From positions 6,138,001-6,202,000 of the forward strand of contig OU015567.1 in assembly GCA_907165135.1 (NCBI GenBank): a stretch of DNA of 64,000 nt, given 5' to 3'. Below the pieces are notes generated by a model that was not told where the DNA came from, made no database searches, and saw nothing but the letters and a program-made list of their open reading frames with translations. The stretch is from Oikopleura dioica (lineage: Eukaryota; Animalia; Chordata). Positions 37,796 through 49,421 of the stretch are shown one piece after another. Within the stretch, counting starts at the first letter, position 1; each line of letters opens with the position of its first letter. The position numbers and the translations under genes are program-made.

Positions 37796-38538
37796 TTTGC
37801 AATTAAATCTTTTCACCAAATAAATTAATCTCCCTCTTGGAGAATCCCCGCTTATATGCAGCAAAAACAAGATAATGATACGTTGGCGCTGTCGCGTGAT
37901 AAGAAAACTGCTGAAGCTAAGAAGATGCAAAAATTTATCATCAAGGAGCGTGGTTTTTATTTTTGGCTTCAAAGAATGGCTAGTGGACAGCTTGATTTTC
38001 GACTAACACATTTTCAGCTAAACTCAGGCGACGTTTTCCTCGGTCTTTTGCTCGTTTGATTCTTGTTTGGGCTAAATTTTTGCTCGTTTTGGTTGAAATT
38101 TGAAACATTACCATTCGAGGAGATCGTAGTTTCTTGACCGATTCAAGAATCATTCCCAGGAGGAATAGAGTAAAGACGAAGCCCCAAAGAATGTAGAAGG
38201 AAGCAACTTGCTCTTTCGTGAAACTCTCTGTCGCAGCATCAACCTGTTCTTCCGTCTATTTCAAGTTTTAAAGATTCCTAATGAATAATATTAGGTTGAA
38301 AAGCTTGAATAAACTTTGAATCTCGAAACTTTTCCTGCACTTTCGCGTCCATGCTCAAAATCAATGACCAAAAAGTTCAGAAATGGGGAACTAATGGATC
38401 TCCTAGAGTTCGATGATTTCATCTAGATTCTAGAAAAAAAGTAATCTAGGATTAGTCTAGAAATTTCACCAGTAAGATATACGAATAAGTTATTTGGAAT
38501 AACTTTATCGATGACTAAAAACCAAACACTAAGCTAAA

Positions 38539-38785
38539 CCCGTTAACCCGTTGCCGAGCGCGGAGCAGTTTCGCTGCTACGATACGCCCCGAGGCTCGAA
38601 ATACGGCACACTTATTGGCGTAGAAGCCATTTTTACGCCTACCGCTCGGCAACGGGTTAACAGAGCAGTAGGCTTTTGTCCATGCAAGAGCTCCTCTGTG
38701 ATTGATTTAAATCATGGATCTGGACATGTGATTGGCTACTCATTTCCACGCGAGACAATGAGACGGCCCCGCGCGTGTTAATGGG
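38539..38785. mobile_element. Probable older piggyBac-type MITE hosting the 110-bp element
   Basis: Left end CCCGTTAACAGAGC (after removing the insert) versus right end read inverted CCCATTAACACGCG; right flank TTAA, left flank TAAA. Confidence 0.5.
38547..38656. mobile_element. 110-bp piggyBac-type mini-MITE, copy 1
   Basis: TTAA|CCCGTTGCCGAGCG ... CGCTCGGCAACGGG|TTAA; second copy at 40388-40497. Confidence 0.85.
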
Positions 38786-39135
38786 TTAAATTTAAAAAGT
38801 GCCATCAGATCAAACATAAAAACGATAAGTGTCGTGAGCAATCCTAAAAATTTCTTTGCTTCAACAAAATGGCGCCTTGGCAAACATTTGGCGTACTACA
38901 CGTGCCCGTAAATTTTCGCCAAAATTCTCGTCGGAGGCGACGTGGTGAACCATCCGCGCAAATAGCACTTGTTTGAGTTGCTATTCATTTTCACTAGAGA
39001 CCAAAGAGAGGAGACAAACCAAATCAGACAAGTTAAACATTAACCATTCCTGACATTGGAAGTTTGATTCAAAATTATTCACGTAACAGAGTTAATACTA
39101 GAATTTTTTCTTCCAAGAGACGATTTTTGCCGCCC

Positions 39136-40141
39136 ATGGGAAATTGGAATAGGTACGGAATGAAGTACATCCTCTCAAGAATTCATCCCTTTTTTAGCCA
39201 CCCAGAGCAAAACATCGACAGAGAGCCCCCACCAACTCAATTTCAAGATCTCGATGGTAAGTCTCTTTCATACACTTTGTACATAAATGGCTTGAACTCT
39301 ATTACAATAGTATTTGGTAAGTTTTTAACTGAGAGCCTCTGATGAGGAAAAGGATTAATCTTAATCCGGAATGTTTTTATTTTTTATCTCAACGGCTTTT
39401 TTTTTGGAAAATATAATTAGCGGATTATCCCAGCAGCTTATCATGACATAACATTGTTACAATAAAACTGGATTTGTTTAGAGGCGAGCGAGTACCACGC
39501 TGACATCATCGCTTTCAACGACTACGGCTGGATCTACATTATTGGCGTCGTTCTTATCATCTTCCTTGTCCTCGGCTGCTGCATTTGTCTCTGTCGGCTA
39601 GGCGAAGATAAGGCCGTACCAGCTGCTTCCAAAGGCTACCAGGTGAGCGAAACGACTTGATAAGTGAGAATCAGCGTGTTTCGACGAAGCTTTGTCTTGC
39701 GTCGAAAAAACATAACACGTGAGAAAGAATCGCTTTTCCAAAGCTATTAATTATAGCCTGTTGCGGAGCAAGAGCCAGTCGTCCGAGCAAATACAATGTA
39801 TGCGGCTCTTCCTGAACAGATGCCCGCTGGATTCGCCAGCCAAGGACAGAAGCAACCCTCCATGGTAAGACCAGAATATCGTTATTCAACTTATCAAACG
39901 GTTTAATACGCAGATGTATCCAGTCGTCAGCCCCTCTCCTTCGATGAAACAGGGTCAGCCCTACGTCCCGCACTACCCGCCACACATGACCATGCAGTAC
40001 AGCCAGCAGATGCCCCCACAGTACGGCTACCCACAGCCAATGTACAGCCAGCCCTCACGCGACTCCGTCTACAAGCCAGTGCCCAAAGCCGCGGACAGAA
40101 CCGGCGACGCACGAAAGAGCCCTTCGCCCGAACAGGATTAG
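39136..40141 (+). CDS. Single-pass membrane protein with juxtamembrane Cys cluster and Pro/Tyr/Gln-rich tail (4 exons)
   Basis: Spliced: MGNWNS..DE ASEYHADIIAFNDYGWIYIIGVVLIIFLVLGCCICLCR..YQ MYPVVSP..PPQYGYPQPMY; canonical GT-AG introns. Confidence 0.75.
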
Positions 40142-40387
40142 TTTCGACTGCATCTTCAATAGTTTTTCAATCAATAAAAATGTGGTAAAATGGAAATAAA
40201 GGGTTATTCATAGTCTGAAACTTCTTGCAGAAATCAGGTAGCAGGTGCATCAAGCTTTCAAATCAAACAAAAATACCTGCCTTTAGTCTTGCTTAGAAAA
40301 CCAGACTTGTCAAATGTCGAGGAAATGTCGGAAATTGGGACAGCTAGGTCTGTAAACAAGGAGTCGTTTCTCAAAAAGTGCCCTTAA

Positions 40388-40497
40388 CCCGTTGCCGCGC
40401 GCGTAGCAATTTAGCTGCTACGACTTGCCCCGAGGCTCGAAATACGGCAGATCTATTGGCGTAGAAGGCATATTTACGCCTACCGCTCGGCAAGGGG
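40388..40497. mobile_element. 110-bp piggyBac-type mini-MITE, copy 2
   Basis: TTAA|CCCGTTGCCGCGCG ... CGCTCGGCAAGGGG|TTAA, colinear with copy 1. Confidence 0.85.
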
Positions 40498-40569
40498 TTA
40501 AATTGGACATTGATCTTCAGATAATTAATATGAAATTGAGAAGCTTGAAAACAGCGCTTTGTTTTTAAT

Positions 40570-43500
40570 GAGGATGTTTTTGAAGAAAACTTCATCGTGG
40601 AAGAAAGTCTCGCTGAGAATAATCATGTAAGGCAAAGTTCAAAAGGGCTGACATAAATTATACAAGCTACTTGAGGACGACAGACACATCATGCGACAGA
40701 ATACGAATGACACGGTACAACAAGTGCCTGTAAAACAAGAGGAGAAAATTGTGGCTACATCAAGCCCGCGTGTGTCCATTAGCTCATCTTCTGTATCTCT
40801 ATGTAAGTAGCGTTGGTTTTGGTTCGATAGTTATTCTGAAAATTAAGGCTCAGAAAAAAGTGGAACATCTGAAAAACAAGAGCATCAATCATCAGTTCGA
40901 TCAGAAAATGAAGAAGCATTTGAAGTCGTGGAGAAATCGGAAATCGTGGATGAAGCTCTTCTTGACGAGTCTTTGAAGTCGGATTCCCAAGAAAAAGCTG
41001 CTGAAAATCCTGAAGTAAATATCTTCTTTGAGGACCAACAAACACGCGGAAAGAGTGAAAGTCCTCGCACAGTAATCAGCGAGGATGATATCGAGGAAGA
41101 GCGGAAGAAGATGGAAGAGGATTTAAAGTCACGGGACGATGATTGTATGCTTTGAGATTAGATAGTATGAAAACATAATTATTTCCTGCGTTGTCTTAAA
41201 ATTAGGATTAGTCGCAAAGTCATATGCATAAAGACATTCATTTTTTCAATTCATTAATCCCAAAATAAGAAGGCTGAAACCGTCTCTGAGCCGATGCCAC
41301 CTTTTACAATTAGCGACTTTGAAAAACACGTTCGAGGAAAGGCTCTAACTCTCAAAGAATAAATTCCCATGTGTACAAAATCAAGAGCTTTGATGAAACA
41401 GGCATTCAAGAAACCGACGGAGCAATGACCGAACCGATTACTCCAGGAAGTTCGTTAACAAACGTCACTGATGCCAGCACGGAGAAGAATATTTCAACGT
41501 CGCAGGCGTCCCTGGATTCGGAGAGTACTTTAAAATCCGAGGACTTACAGGTAAGGCCGTAAGGGACTCTGCTGGAACATTCTGATCAAGATAATCATTT
41601 TATAATAGCAGATGTAAAACAAGAATCTAGCTTAGATATGCGGATTAATTTAATGAAAAACACTTATTTTCACCGGCTGCGGACTTCAGTTCGGAATGAA
41701 TAAATTACCATAATTATTCATTTTCTTTAATTAAAGATTGTTACTACAAGATAATTGAATCCAAATTCTCCTCCAGCCGGCTGATTGCAACATAAGCCCG
41801 TAATAACTGCTTAGGTTCGTCGGCAAGAAACGCTTGAAGCCTTCAATGAAGCTGAAAAATCCATCCACGAAGCGAATGAAATCGCTTTGCAAGTCTTGCA
41901 AACTGGTAGGGCGTTTTCTACCGCTTGCTTTTTCATCTCGTCGTTTTAGATACAGAAGATTCACTGGACTTTCAGGAGATTGATTCTGACTTAGCAACGA
42001 CTCTGAGTCTTACATCGACAACAACAAATCAAGTTACTATTACTAAAGGTAATATACAATACTCAGTTAACTTCTTCTCATGCCTTCATCAATATCAATT
42101 TTGTCGTAGGAGAAAATCAACAATGTGTAGCCGATGGTGTCATCAAAGAGTCAGATGGAGAAGCACCTGCAGAAGGTAAAATTAAAAGCTATATTTAAGA
42201 CTTATGTTTAGGGGGTGCACAGTGGGAAAATCGGCAAATTTAAAAGTATATGTATCTTTATTATAACCCCGCGAATAGATCCGTTTTCATCTAAGGATCA
42301 TTTGATTTCATTAAAAGAAACCGAAAAAAGCACATTTTCAACCCTTAAATCACGTGACAAGGGTTGATTCAACAGTTTTTTGTCTGTAGAAAAAAAGTGC
42401 CAAAAGGTTACCTCGTAATTTTCGAGTATATAAAAGAGCAGATCAAGCGCTTTCAAGTGATAGTCATATGATCTTGTGGTCTCGTGAGGAAAAAATTCTA
42501 GAGCCGATTTTCTGTCAAAATCCTTGACTTTTTGGCCAAGAGGGTGTTCGAATCCCGACAATAACATTTTTTTTTTCAAACCGTTTTTTCCCAATAAAAT
42601 GATCAACACTGATCATGTGATCTAGGGTGAGTCATTTTTTGTCCTCAAAAGGACTATTCTGGTGGAGAAGTGCTCCTGGAAGACAAAAATTTTCGACAAA
42701 TTTTTTCAGCCCCCTTCCTTGATTTTTAATTTTAAGGGGCTTGACGGCCCTTCGGGCCGTTTCAGCCCCCTTCCTTGATTTTTAATTTTAAGGGGCTTGA
42801 CGGCCCTTCGGGCCGTTTCAGCCCCCTTCCTTGATTTTTAATTTTAAGGGCTTGACGGCCCTTCGGGCCGTTTCAGCCCCCTTCCTTGATTTTTAATTTT
42901 AAGGGGCTTGACGGCCCTTCGGGCCGTTTCAGCCCCCTTCCTTGATTTTTAATTTTAAGGGCTTGACGGCCCTTCGGGCCGTTTCAGCCCCCTTCCTTGA
43001 TTTTTAATTTTAAGGGGCTTGACGGCCCTTCGGGCCGTTTCAGCCCCCTTCCTTGATTTTTAATTTTAAGGGCTTGACGGCCCTTCGGGCCGTTTCAGCC
43101 CCCTTCCTTGATTTTTAATTTTAAGGGGCTTGACGGCCCTTCGGGCCGTTTCAGCCCCCTTCCTTGATTTTTAATTTTAAGGGGCTTGACGGCCCTTCGG
43201 GCCGTTTCAGCCCCCTTCCTTGATTTTTAATTTTAAGGGGCTTGACGGCCCTTCGGGCCGTTTCAGCCCCCTTCCTTGATTTTTAATTTTAAGGGGCTTG
43301 ACGGCCCTTCGGGCCGTTTCAGCCCCCTTCCTTGATTTTTAATTTTAAGGGGCTTGACGGCCCTTCGGGCCGTTTCAGCCCCCTTCCTTGATTTTTAATT
43401 TTAAGGGGCTTGACGGCCCTTCGGGCCGTTTCAGCCCCCTTCCTTGATTTTTAATTTTAAGGGCTTGACGGCCCTTCGGGCCGTTTCAGCCCCCTTCCTT

Positions 43501-44850
43501 GATTTTTAATTTTAAGCCCCCTTCCTTGGGGCTTGACGGCCCTTCGGGCCGTTTCAGCCCCCTTCCTTGATTTTTAATTTTAAGGGGCTTGACGGCCCTT
43601 CGGGCCGTTTCAGCCCCCTTCCTTGATTTTTAATTTTAAGGGCTTGACGGCCCTTCGGGCCGTTTCAGCCCCCTTCCTTGATTTTTAATTTTAAGGGGCT
43701 TGACGGCCCTTCGGGCCGTTTCAGCCCCCTTCCTTGATTTTTAATTTTAAGGGGCTTGACGGCCCTTCGGGCCGTTTCAGCCCCCTTCCTTGATTTTTAA
43801 TTTTAAGGGCTTGACGGCCCTTCGGGCCGTTTCAGCCCCCTTCCTTGATTTTTAATTTTAAGGGGCTTGACGGCCCTTCGGGCCGTTTCAGCCCCCTTCC
43901 TTGATTTTTAATTTTAAGGGGCTTGACGGCCCTTCGGGCCGTTTCAGCCCCCTTCCTTGATTTTTAATTTTAAGGGGCTTGACGGCCCTTCGGGCCGTTT
44001 CAGCCCCCTTCCTTGATTTTTAATTTTAAGGGGCTTGACGGCCCTTCGGGCCGTTTCAGCCCCCTTCCTTGATTTTTAATTTTAAGGGGCTTGACGGCCC
44101 TTCGGGCCGTTTCAGCCCCCTTCCTTGATTTTTAATTTTAAGGGGCTTGACAGAGGCCTGGAACTCTTAGTTGATCAGTCTCAGTTACGTCCCCAACCCC
44201 ACCCACACCCGTTGATATTTAAATTTAAATTATCCTTGTTTTTTTCTTAATTATGGTTTTTATAAGACGTCGATTAATATCTTTAACAACTTGTTTCTCT
44301 GGAGTTAAACAGTTGTAAAAGAGTTTTGACAGTGAAATTAACGATTTTTAATTTTTCATTTTTTCCTTCTGATGGATGAGGATGGATCCGGATGTGGTTT
44401 TTACGACGATAAAAATGTTCAGTGATCATCAGCGATTAATTTTATGCAAAAAAGCCTATTCTTAATCGGCTTTAAGAAAAATCGCATTTTGATCTCAGGG
44501 GACCTCAGGTGACCTTCAATGACCCCAAGTCACATGTCAAAATGATCAGTGGATCATAGGCTTTCCATTGATGAATCATTCATCCCTATAAGAGGATGAT
44601 AAAAAAATCGATTTTCCCACTGTGCACCCCCTACTTATGTTGTAAAATTTACAATGTAAATGTTATTGTCTATTTCTTCGTAAATCAAACATCTTTCAGC
44701 CTCGATTGATATCAATGACGCAGGTGTTGATACACTTGTGAAAGGTACCTTTTTTGAATAATAAAAATCAAGGTATTCATACTTTCATATTTTTCAGCAA
44801 AAAAATCATCCTCGCCAGTTCCTGAAAATGAGCCTTCTGAAACTCAGTGA
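40570..44850 (+). CDS. Acidic low-complexity multi-exon protein (start not resolved)
   Basis: Series of short E/D/S/T-rich open exons bounded by GT/AG sites (e.g. ORF 40928-41155), last exon ending ..EPSETQ* at 44850; no family motif. Confidence 0.5.
42209..44633. mobile_element. Non-autonomous hAT-like DNA transposon (2425 bp) in an intron
   Basis: TIR TAGGGGGTGCACAGTGGGAAAATCG / CGATTTTCCCACTGTGCACCCCCTA; 8-bp TSD CTTATGTT at 42201-42208 and 44634-44641. Confidence 0.9.
42704..44151. repeat. Minisatellite, ~26 copies of a 55-56 bp palindromic unit
   Basis: Unit GATTTTTAATTTTAAGGGGCTTGACGGCCCTTCGGGCCGTTTCAGCCCCCTTCCTT; variants differ in G-run length; one unit with an internal duplication near 43516. 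Confidence 0.98.
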
Positions 44851-45617
44851 CTATCTTTTCTTCAAAAAGACTACTACCATCTTGTTTGAACTACAACTGT
44901 TCAATAATATTGTTTTGTAAATAAAAATTGTATGTTCTTAATTTTTTATTTACAAATTGAATGTACAAAAATTTACGCTTCGAGGCAATCCTGAGGCGCG
45001 CATCGTTTGCAGCTAAAGCCAATTTGACCATCTTCGATATTATCGACACATTTTTCTATAAGAACAATAAGCAGGGACATTGATGAAAGTTTAGTCATTG
45101 AAGAAGTCGTTCTAACCTGATGGTTTGCAAGGTTTGATTTTGCACCAGCCGAAGTCCTCGATTTCTTTTTTGTCGACACACATTGGCTTAACACGAAGAT
45201 AACTAGGCTTATTAGATGAAAATTTGGCCACTTTTTCTAGCTTAGTTGAGGGGTCATATGACACAGATTCTGAAAGCCCAGAAGCTGAGCTTTCATTTGA
45301 GCCCCATATCGAGTGGTCTGGGTCATGCCCGCAAGGCAATTCATGGCACCGGAAGTTCCGAAATTGGCACTAGAACTCTTCAATCGAATTTTTGGTTGCC
45401 GGTACTGGCTTCAAATGGCTTGTAAGTAGGTGCGTTAGAAAGCCCAGCGTCTGAGCTTTCTAAAACGCCAATAAAATACTGTTGCCAGACTTTCTAGTGG
45501 CCGCTAGAGGCGCTAGAAAGTTGGATGAAATTCCGGAAGTATGAAATTTTCACTAGAAACTTGTCAATTAGTTATAAATATTGATGTAGTCATTAATAAT
45601 AATGTATAAAAAAGTTG

Positions 45618-45914
45618 AACCGCGGTTGAACCGCGCGGTTGACCATCCGGTTCGGCCCGGTTAACTCTAGAATATCCCCAAAACCACTGAATATGCATAT
45701 CAATCGACTGGAAATTGAGCAGAGAACAAAATAAAATATAAACCGCGGTTGAACCGCGCGGTTGACCATCCGGTTCGGCCCGGTTAACTCTAGAATATTC
45801 CCAAAACCACTAAATATGCATATCGATCGACTTGAAATTGAACAGAGAACAAAATAAAATATGAACCGCGGTCCAACCGCGCGGTCGATCTTCCGGTTAG
45901 CTCTAGAAAATCTT
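45618..45914. repeat. 123-bp tandem subrepeats (x2.5) inside left TIR, mirrored in right TIR
   Basis: AACCGCGG core at 45618, 45741 and 45864. Confidence 0.9.
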
Positions 45915-46002
45915 CAAAATTGATATCAAATTTGACAAATTGACAAAAAAAGACAATCATAATTATTCTTTCTAAAACCATCATTTATTTTGTTATCTCC
46001 AC

Positions 46003-49000
46003 TCAAAAAGGCACAGAAACAGATTCTTCATCTTCGAATTCCGGCTCATCTTCAATGCTCTCTCCAATTTCCAATTCGGGCTCATCTTCAACACTCTCTA
46101 CGACCTCCATCGCATCATCCTCTTCGTTCTCTTCCATGATTTCAGCCTCTCGCGCGATTTCCTCTTCATCTCTTGCATTCTTCAGAAGATATATCTGTCT
46201 GTCTTCTTTTTCAAGCTCTTTTGCCTTCTTTTCATTCTTTGGTCGCTCAAGCATTGCCTTCTTGACAATTGCCTCTTGTTTTGCTGGAGTCATTTCCTCA
46301 AGCCACTCAGCAGTTTTGTTGTACTAGAAATTTAAAAGTTTTTAAATTAAAATCAATGAAAATACCATTGCTTCGGCAACAATGAAAGTTCGCCTCAACC
46401 CAAGTCTCGCGTGGCTTCGTTCAAGATTTTTGAGGACCCCGAAGACTCGTTCGACGAGCCGAGAAGTGCCAGTCAAAAACCCATCGTGGTCAGCCACCTT
46501 CTTTCCGATCTCCTCCCACTTCTTTTTTCTTTTAAAAATTTCTTGTGACTTCGCTCCAGGCTCTGTCGGGCGATTTTGTCGAGCTTTTTCCGCTGAACTC
46601 CGTCCAAACCTCTAAACTGCGTTCGAATTCTCGCCAAGACAGCTTTCATCGACTCGTCTTCATCTTTGACGGCAGTAATCATTCGAGAGAAGCAGTTCTT
46701 TTCGTCGGCCATCATCGCATTGTAGTAGTCCTCAAGCCTCTTGAGAGCGCCAAAGATGATGTTGTAGGAGCTGGAAGTTTCGGAGACAACAGCATGAAAT
46801 TCCTTGAGCGCCCCGTAGAAGACGAAGAATGGAATGGAGCAAATCAAAATAACGATCCTTGAAAGGATCGTTGACACCATTCTCTTCCTTGATTTCAAAA
46901 AAGAAGAAGAAGAAGAAGAAAAAGAAGATCCCTTTCCTGTTAAGTTTTCCATTGGGATCATCGGCGTTGTGGAAACTCTTGATAAAATCTCGTAGAAACT
47001 TTGCCGTGTCGCTCGAATCACCGCATTTTCCGCCAAGAACTTCGTTAAGAAGGTTCAAGTGCAGCCAAAAATTACGCATATTGGTTGGCACCACGGCAAA
47101 ACGTGAACCGAGGTCTATTTACGGATTTTTAATGAAATCAAGGAAGAAAACTTGGACTGACGATCATAAAACCTCTAAAAATGAAATCAGCGCATCTTAA
47201 TTCATCCTAATCGGAGGAAAAAGTACTAAAAATGAATTTTGAAATTTTGATGACTCGACAGAATTTTATGATTCATGAATCTTTTGTTCCATTAAAACGC
47301 TAGAATTCGACTAGAACGGTGTCAAAAAGAGTAGTTTTGGGGTCATTTTTGAAGGAGATTTCAAATTTTATGATAAGAAACAACTAAGACTTCGTCTTAG
47401 TTTGTTTATTCTCATAATGGGTAGCTCATATAATATAATATAATATAATATAATAACAAGCTCATCATTGAAAGATGAAAACCAGAAGAAGGCATCTCAG
47501 CTGTTAAAAAATCGTTTGTTAAATAAATGCGATTGCCTAGGTTAGTAACAGTCTTTTCTTGGTTCTCTTCTATGATTTCATTATTAGAAAAATCCTTTCC
47601 TTGGCCGAAGATACGGATTCGGGTGCCATACCATACTTCTTGCTGGGCTTCAAGCTCGTTACGAAGGGATTTGGCGTGGTGACCGGTCAAGTTGAGGGTA
47701 CGGGCGCCAAATAGAGTCATGATTGCCGTGAAGACTTTCGAAGCTTTGGCAACATCGGGATCAGGAGTATTCAAAGACTCGTCGTTGGGATCAGGGTTGA
47801 AGAGGATTTTCTTTGCGGGCTTCTTTTCGCTCCAGTCCTTGTAGGTGTATCGTTCTAATAATGAAATCATAGAAGAGAATCGAGAAAAGAAAATTACCAA
47901 GCCAAGCAGTCGCATGCATTTGACAAACGATTTCAACAGCTGAGATGCCTTCTTCTGATTTCAATCCTTCAATGATGAGCTGATTGGCGTGTAGCTGAGC
48001 GGCGCAGCTGTCGGAAACCAGGAAGCCAATTTTTTGTTTTAGGATCGACCAGAAAGGAAGAGCTCTAAGTTTCGCCAGAATTTGTTTCGCCATGTCCTCG
48101 CCTTTTGATTTTAAAGTAAGCTCCAACAATTTTGATTTAAAATACCTTTTGAAACAAGGGTTTCATAAAGACCAATCGAAAATGCTCGACCCTTAGTGTT
48201 GACGTAGACGATGCCAGTTGCGCGTGCGCTGTGCACTAACGTGGCGTCGTCTATTAATAGACAACCACCGGGCTTTGCGGCCTGAATTTCTTCGATGAGT
48301 TGCTCTCTTGCCAAGGTTTCAATGCAGAAGCGTTTGGAGTTGATTGTGGCTGCTGTTGGTGGATTCTGGCCCTTCAACTCAGTCAGGCTGGCACAGAGGG
48401 TTTTGAAAACAGTCTCGCAGGTGCGTCCGTGGAGTCCCCTCATCAAGAAACAGAGAAGGATCTGGATAGCTTTGGGATGATAAGCAAGTTGGTTGAAACC
48501 TCGAAGATCTTCTGCACCATCGACGCCATCAAAGGAAAGTCGTTGTTTCTTGAAGAGCTCGGTCGCTGACGATGAAGAAAGGTTGGCTTCGTTTTGCTTG
48601 TTCTCTTCGTTGTCTTCAGTTTCTTTCGACGCTTGCGAAGAACGGAGGATTCTGGGGGTGGATGAAGAAGAAGGCTTGTCCTCAAAGACGTCATCGTCTC
48701 CGTCGCTCAGGCTGACCTAAAAGTCTCTGTTAACCCTAGCCAGCCAAAAATGATTTTTCTCGGGTACCGGTCAAGATACTCCATATTTGGCGCCAGGGAT
48801 TTACCTGCAAATAAGACTATACAAATGATAAAGGTCAAATTATATGGTCTTGAGGAAATAGATTAAACCCTGCCTATCAAGATGCAATAGAAAAAACCGC
48901 TTCAGAATGAGTTTCTTAGAAATTAAACGTTAAAATGGCTGAACCCCTTTTTTACTTGCCTCAAAACCGCCTTGAGAAAGTGTGAGAGCTGATGAACTCC

Positions 49001-49421
49001 TCTTTTTTGCATCACGAGCCGGCTGTTGGCGTGTTTTTTCTTGGATAAAATGGGCAAAGGATGTTGGAGAGTCTTCATCTATCTTCTTTAAACTGAAAAC
49101 CTCTGCAACTTTCTGCAAGACCCGACCTCTTGTCCCTTTCCACTCGTGAGTATCCGGAATCTCAAAGAAAGCCTTTCGATTCTCTATAATTTGAAATCAA
49201 GGAAGAACATCATTTAAAACATTACCGTCTGACATTAAGGCGTCAGTGAGAGCTACTTGAGCAGCAGAACGGGGGGCTGAGATTCTCTTTCTTACTGTTC
49301 TGCGTTCGTCCTTATCTCTCAATTTCTCTAGTGATGTCTCTCGGCCGAGCATTCCAAGATCTTGGAGGAGAATAAGAGCCATTGAGCAGTTTATTTTCCA
49401 TGTGTGACGGAAATCATCCAT
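46003..49421 (-). CDS. Intron-containing DDE transposase, hAT-like motifs, with apparent frameshifts
   Basis: LLIDDAT (~48250), VSDSCAAQLHAN (~48010), CxxH CQMH (~47920), LGSRF (~47105), TSRLVERVFG (~46450); frame break at the T6 run 46523-46528. Confidence 0.75.

Noticed and set aside
42704-44151. CRISPR-like array
   Set aside because: Units are head-to-tail with no unique spacers, there are no cas genes, and the context is eukaryotic.
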